Source: an uncultured Pirellulales bacterium
GTDB lineage: Bacteria > Planctomycetota > Phycisphaerae > Sedimentisphaerales > Anaerobacaceae
Direction of reading: 5' to 3'
DNA length: 64,000 bases
Assembly (NCBI GenBank): GCA_964354365.1
Contig: CAYGZM010000004.1
Coordinates: forward strand, 1,559 to 65,558
The notes beneath the pieces were generated by a model that saw only the letters and a program-made list of their open reading frames with translations, ran no database searches and had not been told where the DNA came from. A program made the translations under genes and the position numbers. Shown piece by piece: positions 18,112 through 26,164 of this stretch; positions within the stretch are counted from its first letter, which is position 1, and each line of letters begins with the position of its first letter.

Positions 18112-19596
18112 TCACCAGACGCCGCGCCCCCCAAACACGCCGACGGGCGGCCCCACAGACATTCCAACATCGCGGCTGAGGTCCCGCTCGCGATCCGAGT
18201 CTATCCGGGCCTCCAGCCCGGCCAGAATCTCGTTGATCCCGCTCAACTGGCGATCCAGAGAATACCTCTGCTCGACGAATCCGCGATACCTTCGAGGCTC
18301 GTATCTATCGCTTAGAACCTGTCCGCAGAACTCCTCGGAGATATTGAACAGGAATTCCGACGGGAAAATCTGCTGTGCCCCCACGAAATTATGGACGACG
18401 GGCTTCAACCCGCAGGCCATCCCCTCCAATATCCCGACGGGATGCCCTTCGCAGATGGATGTTGAGGCTATGTAATGCTTGTCGCCCAGCCAGGCATTCA
18501 CATCGTCCTGCCAGCCGTCAAAGAACACCACGTCCCGCAGGCCCAGCGCCTCAACTGTATGCCTTAGATACTGTTCGAGAACCTGGTCCTGAAATGCCCC
18601 CCCGAAGAACAGCCGATACGCGGGGTCAATGTAATGCAGCTTCTGCATGCACTGCAGCGCAAAGGCCGGGTTCTTGACCATCCGCAGATTCCCCAGAAAT
18701 GCTATGTTCTTGCCCCGCCGCCTGTCAACAAATGCAAATCGCTTGAGATTGATGCCGTTTGGAACGGTTACGACCGAAGTCCGGCTTTCTATATCGGGAA
18801 CCTGCCCCTTAAGAGTCTCCAGAGTAACAGCGTTGCCGACCGTCACCAGAACATCTATGTTGCTCCAATTGACCTGTCCCGGCCACCGCTCGTATGCCTC
18901 GTACCGGTGCAGTCTGACAATATTCTTGCAGACCTTGGGCCTCGCCGAGGCCGCCACTGCAAGATTCGTGCACCACTCGAACCACGAAATATCGCTCCAC
19001 CGCATCAATTCAAAGAGCTCGTCCTGCGTTTGGCCCTCAAAGACCCGCACTTCAAAACGCCGCTTCGTGAACTCAATGATCTCGTGCAGAAACGTCATCC
19101 CGTCGCCCCCGCAGAAGAAAGCTATTTTCGGCCTTTTGGAGCGAATCACTTCAACCATAGGCGTCAGCACATTCTGCTCGGGCGCAATTTCCAGCGACCG
19201 GAGCAGCATCTCGAGCGCATTTGCCTTGTCGCCCTGGTCCAGGAAGACGGTCGCAGTCCTGTTGAGGACATCCGGATTCAATATCCCCATCCGCTCCATA
19301 TCGTCGAAAAGCCCCGCGGCTTCTTCGGCCCTGCCGACGGCGATATACGTCTCGGACAAGTTCCACAGTATCTCGGCGCTGTCCTGCCTAAGACGTCTGG
19401 CCCTGTTGAAATGATCGATGGCCTCATCCGAACGGCCCAAGCAATGAAGTATTGCCCCTGCGTCATTCAACGCCTCGCCGTCTTCGGGCGCGGCCTGCAG
19501 ATGTGCCCGGATATGCTCAAGAGCCTCCTGATGCCTGCCGGCCTCGGCCAATTCCCGGCCCCTGCGGTAGTGGTCCGAATTAGTTTGCCCTGTCAT
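18112..19596 (-). CDS. TPR (N-terminal) + GT-B/GT4-like glycosyltransferase (C-terminal), 494 aa; architecture like flagellin glycosyltransferases of the FlmG type
   Basis: The N-terminal 140 aa hold TPR units (GRELAEAGRHQEALEHIRAHLQAAPEDGEALNDAGAILHCLGRSDEAIDHFNRARRL). The C-terminus (ASTSICEGHPVGILEGMACGLKPVVHNF) matches the GT4 E-x7-E region. It is the first gene after the repeat-filled gap downstream of flgL. Confidence 0.8.
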   Translation of the reverse strand: MTGQTNSDHYRRGRELAEAGRHQEALEHIRAHLQAAPEDGEALNDAGAILHCLGRSDEAIDHFNRARRLRQDSAEILWNLSETYIAVGRAEEAAGLFDDMERMGILNPDVLNRTATVFLDQGDKANALEMLLRSLEIAPEQNVLTPMVEVIRSKRPKIAFFCGGDGMTFLHEIIEFTKRRFEVRVFEGQTQDELFELMRWSDISWFEWCTNLAVAASARPKVCKNIVRLHRYEAYERWPGQVNWSNIDVLVTVGNAVTLETLKGQVPDIESRTSVVTVPNGINLKRFAFVDRRRGKNIAFLGNLRMVKNPAFALQCMQKLHYIDPAYRLFFGGAFQDQVLEQYLRHTVEALGLRDVVFFDGWQDDVNAWLGDKHYIASTSICEGHPVGILEGMACGLKPVVHNFVGAQQIFPSEFLFNISEEFCGQVLSDRYEPRRYRGFVEQRYSLDRQLSGINEILAGLEARIDSDRERDLSRDVGMSVGPPVGVFGGRGVW

Positions 19597-19624
19597 ACGT
19601 TCTGCTCCTTACTTAACCAAAGGC

Positions 19625-19737
19625 TTCTGCAAAATTGCAGGTTAGACGTAGGGTGGGCTTCAGCCCACCACTTCGGTGGGGCAAGCCCCACCCTGCCGAG
19701 AAGAAATCGCTTGTTGATTACCTGCAATTTTGCAGAA
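19625..19737. mobile_element. MITE-like 113-bp element with perfect 18-bp terminal inverted repeats enclosing a double-hairpin core
   Basis: TTCTGCAAAATTGCAGGT (19625-19642) is the exact reverse complement of ACCTGCAATTTTGCAGAA (19720-19737). The core AGGGTGGGCTTCAGCCCACCACTTCGGTGGGGCAAGCCCCACCCT is also found, inverted, at 44521-44566. Confidence 0.75.
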
Positions 19738-19753
19738 CTCATAATTCACCACA

Positions 19754-19837
19754 GTGGCACGGGCTTCCAGTGGCACGGGCTTGAAGCCCGTGGGACCACG
19801 GCCAAGATGGCCGTGCCACGAATGGCCGTGCCACGAA
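19754..19837. repeat. Family A palindromic repeat (GTGGCACGG / CACGGGCTTGAAGCCCGTG units)
   Basis: Contains GTGGCACGGGCTTCCAGTGGCACGGGCTTGAAGCCCGTGG ... GGCCGTGCCACGAATGGCCGTGCCACGAAT. Related copies lie at 20112-20195, 23942-24053, 32509-32610 and 38998-39072. Confidence 0.85.
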
Positions 19838-19869
19838 TACTGCCAATCGCAGCGCGGTCTTGCCACCCT

Positions 19870-19957
19870 GTCATTCTGAGCGCGGCGAAGAATCTGGGCC
19901 GCGAACGGCAGAATCTTCCCCCGGAACCCGGATGCTTCGCCTTCGGCTCAGCATGAC
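19870..19957. repeat. Family C-type repeat (GTCATTCTGAGC ... GCTCAGCATGAC inverted termini)
   Basis: The termini GTCATTCTGAGC and GCTCAGCATGAC are inverted repeats matching at 11 of 12 positions. It belongs to the GTCATT..-hairpin-..ATGAC class seen repeatedly in the window. Confidence 0.75.
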
Positions 19958-20111
19958 AACCAACAAATCTCGTGCCATCGGCCTTTATCCCTGTTTATTC
20001 ACGATTACTGGCCGTCGCAAGACTCGATGTGTATAAATATCAAACACTTATGTCTTCAAAGCGCCTTCTCAATCCCTGCCCGCCGCGGCGGGCCAGCCTC
20101 CCAATCGCAAT

Positions 20112-20195
20112 GTGGCACGAGCTTCCAGTGGCACGGGCTTCCAGCCCGTGCGACCACGGGCGAGACGCCCGCGCCACGAATGGCCGTGCCACGCA
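20112..20195. repeat. Family A palindromic repeat copy, immediately downstream of flgL
   Basis: GTGGCACGAGCTTCCAGTGGCACGGGCTTCCAGCCCGTGCGACCACGG ... CGCCACGAATGGCCGTGCCACGCAT. The GC-rich hairpin CACGGGC-N5-GCCCGTG could act as a terminator or RNA stabiliser for the flg operon. Confidence 0.8.
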
Positions 20196-20215
20196 TCCGC
20201 CTGTCGCATTGCCGC

Positions 20216-21400
20216 CTATTCAATGAAATCCAGCAGCGACATTGACATAAGCCTGCCCGCCACCGATAGCGACATCTGATACAAAACATCACGCTTGGAA
20301 ATGTCAATGGCTATCTGCGCAATGTCCGCCTCCTGCAGCATAGTCGTCTCGTCTTCCGTGCTGAATTTCATGTTCTCAACCATGCCCTTAATATCTTCAA
20401 GGAATCCTATTCTCGTCCCCATTGAGACGGATTTCTCTGTCAAAAGACTCCTCACCTCTTCCAGCGACTCCATAGAGATGTTTCGCACCTCCTGAAGCTG
20501 AGCATTGGAAAGTCCCCTCTCATTGTTCAATATGTCCCGGATGTTGATTAGCGTGTTGAATATATCGTAGGTCCCCCGCACACGAACCATATCGACTCCC
20601 GCGCCGCTTATGGCCGTCGTATCGACATACAGGACCCGCCCGGTCCTCGAATCCGTTACAGCCAGGTTGGTGTCTGTGCCGTCGGTGTTCACGGTCGTCA
20701 GCCCGTCGTCGATGGAAAGGTCATAATTGCCTGCCGAGCCTGTGACGGTCAGCCACACGTCCCCTGTAACACTTGACGTGCCTGTGCCGGTCTTGGCGCC
20801 CGTGTCGCCAACAAAGACAGGCTCGCTCCGGCTGCTCGATCGAAAAAGCTCGTCTCCAACGTAAAATGCGGATGACTGCACGCCGGCGGCCACCTGTATC
20901 TGCCTGTCCTCCGAGCTGCCCTGGTAAGTCACACTGGTGATCTTGCCGTTTGTCCGCGTCACCGCGTAAGGCGCCGAGCCGGTATCGCCTCCGCCAAAGA
21001 GATATTCGTTCAGGTGCCTCGTATTGGCCAGCAAGACCATCTGCTCCAATGTGCCATCGATTGCCTCAGCGGTCCTCTTGCGCCCCTCCTCGTCATAAAC
21101 GCCGCTGCTAATCTGCGTCAAAGCCACCTTTGCATCTGCAAGCGCTGATGTCATATCGTCAATAACGGTCAGGGAAATCTCCAGCGTGCTCATCGCCTGC
21201 ACCATATTATCCATGTAGCCCGCCAGCAACCTCTGCTGGGAGTTCAGCCCCAGGACGCGATAGGCCGCAGAAGGGTCGTCCGACGGCCTGTTAATCCGCG
21301 AGCCGGTGGACGCCTGTTCCTGCAGCCGAGAAAGCGCCTCGGTATGAAGACGCAGCGCGAAGCTCAAATCACTGTATATGCCGTTGAGGGTCCCGCTCAT
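20216..21400 (-). CDS. flgL: Flagellar hook-filament junction protein FlgL (HAP3)
   Basis: The N-terminus (LRLHTEALSRLQEQASTGSRINRPSDDPSAAYRVLGL) is the flagellin-like N-domain typical of FlgL. The C-terminus (IAIDISKRDVLYQMSLSVAGRLMSMSLLDFI) is also conserved. It follows flgK by 14 nt. Confidence 0.9.
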   Translation of the reverse strand: MSGTLNGIYSDLSFALRLHTEALSRLQEQASTGSRINRPSDDPSAAYRVLGLNSQQRLLAGYMDNMVQAMSTLEISLTVIDDMTSALADAKVALTQISSGVYDEEGRKRTAEAIDGTLEQMVLLANTRHLNEYLFGGGDTGSAPYAVTRTNGKITSVTYQGSSEDRQIQVAAGVQSSAFYVGDELFRSSSRSEPVFVGDTGAKTGTGTSSVTGDVWLTVTGSAGNYDLSIDDGLTTVNTDGTDTNLAVTDSRTGRVLYVDTTAISGAGVDMVRVRGTYDIFNTLINIRDILNNERGLSNAQLQEVRNISMESLEEVRSLLTEKSVSMGTRIGFLEDIKGMVENMKFSTEDETTMLQEADIAQIAIDISKRDVLYQMSLSVAGRLMSMSLLDFIE

Positions 21401-21414
21401 CTAAATTACGCCTC

Positions 21415-23376
21415 CTATATCATCTCCATTATGCTCGACATGGACGACTGAATTGTGGTTATGTACTTCGCCATCGCCTGAAACATCTGCTCGAAAACCA
21501 GCAGCTGCGCCGCCTCTTCGTTGATATCCACGCCGCTTATGTCGCCCTGTTGGCTGCTGAGATTCTGAACAAGCTGTTCGACGTTGTCCTGGCGCATTTG
21601 TCGCAGCGAAACATCCTGGCCTACATCCGCCGCCACCCTGCGATAGAACTCTCCGCACGTCAGAGACCCCAGGTCCCCGATGGCCTCATCTTTGACCGCC
21701 GCCATTCGCAGCGCGTTGGTGTTGTCGGTCATATCGGGGCCGAGAGACGCTGCGATTCGCCCCGGCGCAGCCGCTACGTCCGAGCACACCGCTATATCAC
21801 CTGCCCCGTTGCCGAAGAAAAACGTGTTCAGCCCGACCGCCGCCAGCACGCCCGATGTATCCGTATCGGCATAAGCGTCCACCTCAAAAGTCTCTCCGTC
21901 GTTCAGACTCCCCGCGCCAAGCGCGATCTTGAACCCGTTTCCGACGTCCAGCTTGTCGCCCGCCGCATAGCCTGAGCCGACATCAAGAGTAGCCACGGCC
22001 CCGCCGCTCCCGCCGGTAACAACAAGCTGCAGCGTGCCGTTGCCCACCGAACCCGTCCCCGAAACTGTGAACGTAAAAGTATCGTTCGCCGTGCCCGTAT
22101 AAATGCCCGATACCGATACCGCCGGCGGCGACCCCGTCAGGCCGCTTGCCGTGGGAGTCGGCAGAACGCCCGGAAGAAAATCGAATGTGTAGTTTGCATC
22201 AGCCGAGATCTGCAATTTTGAAGACGCCACCGAAGCGCTCAGCCCCGTAATCGCTGAAATGTCCGCCGCTATGCTCGTCAGCGAATCCGCCGACGCGTCG
22301 ATAGTAATCGCGTTGCGAGTTACCGCCCCGGTGCTCGTATTCGTCACCCTTATATATATCGTCCCGTCCGTCACGGATGAGCCAAAATCGCTCAGATCCT
22401 CACTCGTCATTCTCCAGCCGGTCAGCTCCGTGAAGGTGCCCTCCGAGCCGACCCCCTGAACGTGGTATTGATTTATCTGCTGTATTATCGTGCTGGCCAG
22501 AGAGTTCAGGTCGTCGTGAACGCCGGACACAAGCTCATTCTTCAGCGAAAATAATCCGCCAATCTTGCCGCCCGTAATATCGGTGTAATATGTGGCGGCG
22601 TCCTTAACGGAGATCCCCAGCTTGGCATTCTCATCCAGGCCGGCCTCAAGCTCCACCGTGAAAGCGCCCATCACAACGGGTATCCCCGCGACAATCACAT
22701 CAACGACGCCGTATGGCCTGTTCTGTGTTTCCAGGCCAATCAGCCCGGCCATGTCGGATATCAGCTTGTCCCTCTCGTCGCGCAGGTTATTGGCGGAGCC
22801 GCCGCCAACTTCAATGCCCTGAATTCGGCTGTTGAGCTCCGCAATCTGGCCTGCAAGCGTATTGATAGAGTCAACTACGTTCTCGGTCTCCAGCCGGATC
22901 TGCGTTTCCAGCCTCGTCAGAAAATCTCCCAGCGCCCTGAATTGACCGGCCATCGCGTCCGCATCGCTCACAAGCTGGTTCTGCCAAATAACGTCTCCGG
23001 GATGCGCGCTCAGATCGGCCAGCGAAGTGAAGAATTTGTCTATCGCCGCGTTGAGCCCCCCGTCCTCCGTCGAAAGCTCGCCTAGAACGCTTTCAACGGT
23101 TTGCAGTGTCACAAGCTCCCGGTCAACCTGGCCCAGCGAGGACCGCTGCCTGAGAATTTCCTGCTCTAAAAGCCCGTCTATCATCCTCGTGACGCTTTCG
23201 ACGTCAACGCCCCTCCCAAAAATCATGGAGCCTTCGCGCACCGCCAGTGAAGGGCTCAACTCTATCCTTTGGCGGTGGTAGCCTTCCGTGGCCGCATTCG
23301 CAATATTGTTGCCTATTACGTCGAGCGCCTTTTGGGCCGCAATCAGACCACTAATGCCTATGGAATAATCCGACAT
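21415..23376 (-). CDS. flgK: Flagellar hook-associated protein FlgK (HAP1)
   Basis: MSDYSIGISGLIAAQKALDVIGNNIANAATEGYHRQRI is the rod/hook N-terminal motif. The C-terminus (VNIDEEAAQLLVFEQMFQAMAKYITTIQSSMSSIMEM) fits. 653 aa. Confidence 0.92.
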   Translation of the reverse strand: MSDYSIGISGLIAAQKALDVIGNNIANAATEGYHRQRIELSPSLAVREGSMIFGRGVDVESVTRMIDGLLEQEILRQRSSLGQVDRELVTLQTVESVLGELSTEDGGLNAAIDKFFTSLADLSAHPGDVIWQNQLVSDADAMAGQFRALGDFLTRLETQIRLETENVVDSINTLAGQIAELNSRIQGIEVGGGSANNLRDERDKLISDMAGLIGLETQNRPYGVVDVIVAGIPVVMGAFTVELEAGLDENAKLGISVKDAATYYTDITGGKIGGLFSLKNELVSGVHDDLNSLASTIIQQINQYHVQGVGSEGTFTELTGWRMTSEDLSDFGSSVTDGTIYIRVTNTSTGAVTRNAITIDASADSLTSIAADISAITGLSASVASSKLQISADANYTFDFLPGVLPTPTASGLTGSPPAVSVSGIYTGTANDTFTFTVSGTGSVGNGTLQLVVTGGSGGAVATLDVGSGYAAGDKLDVGNGFKIALGAGSLNDGETFEVDAYADTDTSGVLAAVGLNTFFFGNGAGDIAVCSDVAAAPGRIAASLGPDMTDNTNALRMAAVKDEAIGDLGSLTCGEFYRRVAADVGQDVSLRQMRQDNVEQLVQNLSSQQGDISGVDINEEAAQLLVFEQMFQAMAKYITTIQSSMSSIMEMI

Positions 23377-23404
23377 CTGTTAACCCCGCTCGGGCGCCGG
23401 CTTA

Positions 23405-23926
23405 TCAAAGCTCAAAACTCATAAAAGCCGAGTCGCTTTGATGTTTGGCCGCACCGTCGGAACTATAAGTTATTGCCCCTGTTCTTCCAAGCTCAACGAT
23501 GCCTCTGAGCATCTCACTATTGAATCTGGCGCAATCAGATAGAAGCATCGTTGTCTTCAAATGCTCCTTCTTGAGTTTTTCGGTCAACACCCTTAATTCC
23601 GCCTTTCTCTGCGCCACTTGAATTCTCTTTTCGCCCGGCAGCACCGCTTCGAGCCGCGAGAGAGTCATATCGCTCACCCCGCAGTCTAATGCGTCGGCAA
23701 ATTCCCTTCGCATCGACTGCCGTTTCGATTCATTCGCCGAGTAATTGTCCGACTCGTCCCGAATAGTCTCAAGCAGCCTGCCCAGGCCCGCCTGATCGCG
23801 TTTGACAAGCAGGCTTCGCAATTCGTCAAGCCGGGACAGAGCTCTGCGCACGTGGCGAATGTCCTCGTCGAGAACGCCTATCAGCTCATCAACCTTGTCT
23901 TCCATTCCGACTATCATTGATTCCAT
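23405..23926 (-). CDS. flgN: FlgN-like flagellar export chaperone
   Basis: 173-aa helical protein immediately upstream of flgK-flgL. The pattern LIGVLDEDIRHVRRALSRLDELRSLLVKRDQAGLGRLLETI is typical of the FlgN family. Confidence 0.6.
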   Translation of the reverse strand: MESMIVGMEDKVDELIGVLDEDIRHVRRALSRLDELRSLLVKRDQAGLGRLLETIRDESDNYSANESKRQSMRREFADALDCGVSDMTLSRLEAVLPGEKRIQVAQRKAELRVLTEKLKKEHLKTTMLLSDCARFNSEMLRGIVELGRTGAITYSSDGAAKHQSDSAFMSFEL

Positions 23927-23941
23927 AGACTTCTATCCGCC

Positions 23942-24053
23942 CGTGGCCTGGCCGCCTGACTCTACTGGTCGTGGCACGGCCATCCCGGCCGTGGCCGCAC
24001 GGGCTTGCAGCCCGTGCGACAATAGTTTTCACGGGCTGGAAGCCCGTGCTACG
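23942..24053. repeat. Family A repeat copy filling the flgJ-flgN gap and overlapping the 3' end of the flgJ-like gene
   Basis: CGTGGCCTGGCCG ... GTGGCACGGCCATCCCGGCCGTGGCCGCACGGGCTTGCAGCCCGTGCG ... CACGGGCTGGAAGCCCGTGCTACG. Confidence 0.8.
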
Positions 24054-24370
24054 TTGTCCGCCTGCCCCGGGTTCTGAAGCGACTGATATATATCCTTCCA
24101 CATTCCAAAGCCGCCGGCATCCGCAATGCCCTGTGCCAGATACAGCCAGAATATCCCCTGCATCTGCTCGGAGGCGCCGTCTCTTTCCAAGCCCCAATCC
24201 CCGATGGTGCTCTTCATTGCGTCAAGCAGCTTGGTGATCAGGACCGACTCAAAATCTCTCGCCGCCCGTATCTCCTTCGCCTGCGAAGCGGCATCGATTG
24301 GGCCGGCCTCTTTCAGCAGTGTCGGCATCGGTACGGGTTCGGTCAGCATCAAACCTGCCGCGCTGTCCAT
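24029..24370 (-). CDS. flgJ: Rod-binding protein (FlgJ N-terminal domain only; no muramidase domain)
   Basis: EIRAARDFESVLITKLLDAMKSTI ... MQGIFWLYLAQGIADAGGFGMWKDIY matches the Rod-binding domain. Only 113 aa. It lies between flgI and flgN. Confidence 0.8.
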   Translation of the reverse strand: MDSAAGLMLTEPVPMPTLLKEAGPIDAASQAKEIRAARDFESVLITKLLDAMKSTIGDWGLERDGASEQMQGIFWLYLAQGIADAGGFGMWKDIYQSLQNPGQADNVARASSP

Positions 24371-24380
24371 AAGCTCGCTC

Positions 24381-25487
24381 CTACATTATCTCTAACTTGG
24401 CCTGAAGGGCGCCGGCCTTTCTCAAGGCGTTGAATATCGCTATAAGGTCCCCAGGCGTTGCTCCTATTGCATTGAGCGCCTTGGCCAATTCCGCCACCGA
24501 GACCACCCGCGGCACGGGAACCAGATAACCCTGCTTCTCCTCCACGCTCATAAGTGTCTCGGGGACTTTTTCCGTTGTTGCGCCCTCGGAGAACGGCGCC
24601 GTCGGCTGAGAAACCGTCTCGGTCTCTTTGATCTTCACAACCAGGCCGCCCTGAGAAACCGCCACCTCCGATATGCCGACGTTCTGCCCAACCACAATCG
24701 TCCCCGTCCGCTCGTTGATAACAACAACCGCCGGCACATCCACTTTAACATCCGGCGTGGTAATCCCGTCAATAAACCCCGCCACTCGCGCCTCGCCAAT
24801 CTCAGCGGGCACTCTGACCCGGATAGTGCCCGCATCAACCACCGCGGCGCTGCCGGTGTGCGTCTCATTGATGCTCTTGCTGATACGCTCAGCAGTCGAG
24901 AAATCATTGTTCCTCAGACTAAGAGTGATGAATCTTTCCTCTCCGACGTGCTCCACAAACGTCGCTAATTCCTCCTTCTCCACGACCGCTCCGCCCGGTA
25001 TTCGCCCGAGAGTCGGATGGTTCTTCGTGATGGAAGCCTGCTTGCCCACCGCCGACCACCCGCCAATAAACACCGCACCGTGCGCCTCGGCATACACCTG
25101 CCCGTCAAGACCCCTCAACGGCGTCGGCAGCAGCATCCCCCCCTTAAGACTCTCAGCATCGCCTATCGAAGAAACGTCAACATCGATCCGCGACCCCTCC
25201 CGGGCAAACGGACCGAGCTCCCCTATCACCATAACAACCGCAACATTGCCGCCCGTAAAATCGGTCGGAGAAAGAACCAGTCCGGAATCGCGGAATATAT
25301 TTGTCAGTATCTGCTGCGAGGCCAGGGACTTGTCCCCCGTATTCGCCAGACCTACCACTAATCCTATCCCCGTCAGCGGATTGCTGCGAACACCCTGAAT
25401 ATCGACGATGTCCTTTATTCGCTCACACCGCCCCAACTCAGCCGGACTCATCAGCATTACAAACAAAAGTATCAAACGGATCTTCAT
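24381..25487 (-). CDS. flgI: Flagellar P-ring protein FlgI
   Basis: Signal peptide, then RIKDIVDIQGVRSNPLTGIGLVVGLANTGDK and the C-terminus LAKALNAIGATPGDLIAIFNALRKAGALQAKLEI, which are hallmark FlgI motifs. Confidence 0.95.
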   Translation of the reverse strand: MKIRLILLFVMLMSPAELGRCERIKDIVDIQGVRSNPLTGIGLVVGLANTGDKSLASQQILTNIFRDSGLVLSPTDFTGGNVAVVMVIGELGPFAREGSRIDVDVSSIGDAESLKGGMLLPTPLRGLDGQVYAEAHGAVFIGGWSAVGKQASITKNHPTLGRIPGGAVVEKEELATFVEHVGEERFITLSLRNNDFSTAERISKSINETHTGSAAVVDAGTIRVRVPAEIGEARVAGFIDGITTPDVKVDVPAVVVINERTGTIVVGQNVGISEVAVSQGGLVVKIKETETVSQPTAPFSEGATTEKVPETLMSVEEKQGYLVPVPRVVSVAELAKALNAIGATPGDLIAIFNALRKAGALQAKLEIM

Positions 25488-25535
25488 ATCGTTACTCTTT
25501 CTAAAAAATCCCGGTGCACAGCGCCAAGAACAGGC

Positions 25536-26153
25536 CTAAAACGGCCAGAGTATGTCAAACAGCCTGCCCAGCCACCCCTGCCTGTTGTATGGCTCCGCAA
25601 CGCCGGAGTTCTTCGTGATAACACGGAAATTCGCTATCTGTTCGCTCTTAACGCTATTGTCGAATTCAATGTCGCTCGGCCGGACTATCCCGCTCAATTC
25701 GATCTTCTGTATGTCGCCCGCAATGTTCCGGTCGCGCATCCCCATTATCACAAGGTTCCCGTTCGGCAGAATGTCCACAACCACCACCGAAACACGATCA
25801 ACAAAGCTCCGCTCGTCTTTGTAATCAGCCTTGCCCTTCAGCTCGTTGCTCGATGTCGCCGCCATCGTAAAACCGGGTATGCTCGGCAGAATGTGGTCGA
25901 TCCCGAGCTCGCCGTTAAACGTGGTTGACTTGTCGGTCTCCTTCTTGAGGTCTCTCTTTGCCTTGTTATCGACCTTGCTGTCCTCCGTGATCTTCACCGT
26001 CAGAATGTCGCCTATCCGGCGAGCCACGTCGTCTGAGTACAAGCTCCTCATGTTGTTATCTCTCTTGGCCCATATAGAGTCCGCCAGGACACAGCCGCTC
26101 CCGTGGAGCAGGAAAGATATCACAATAACTGTCGGCATTATTCTATTTCTCAT
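25536..26153 (-). CDS. flgH: Flagellar L-ring lipoprotein FlgH
   Basis: Signal peptide with a lipobox-like GSGC. SLYSDDVARRIGDILTVKITE ... NLVIMGMRDRNIAGDIQKIELSGIVRPSDI is typical FlgH. Confidence 0.92.
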   Translation of the reverse strand: MRNRIMPTVIVISFLLHGSGCVLADSIWAKRDNNMRSLYSDDVARRIGDILTVKITEDSKVDNKAKRDLKKETDKSTTFNGELGIDHILPSIPGFTMAATSSNELKGKADYKDERSFVDRVSVVVVDILPNGNLVIMGMRDRNIAGDIQKIELSGIVRPSDIEFDNSVKSEQIANFRVITKNSGVAEPYNRQGWLGRLFDILWPF

Positions 26154-26164
26154 CGTTTTCCCTT

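Noticed and set aside
19754-20195. The TGGCACGG-N-TTCG strings inside family A repeats look like sigma-54 -24/-12 elements. Similar strings occur at 23942-24053 and 32509-32610.
   Set aside because: The -12 box reads TTCG rather than TTGC. The motif occurs in both orientations as part of a palindromic repeat, and one copy lies inside a CDS. These are most likely fortuitous. Only the non-repeat sites at 32314 and 34838 were called promoters. RpoN titration by the repeats cannot be excluded without ChIP data.
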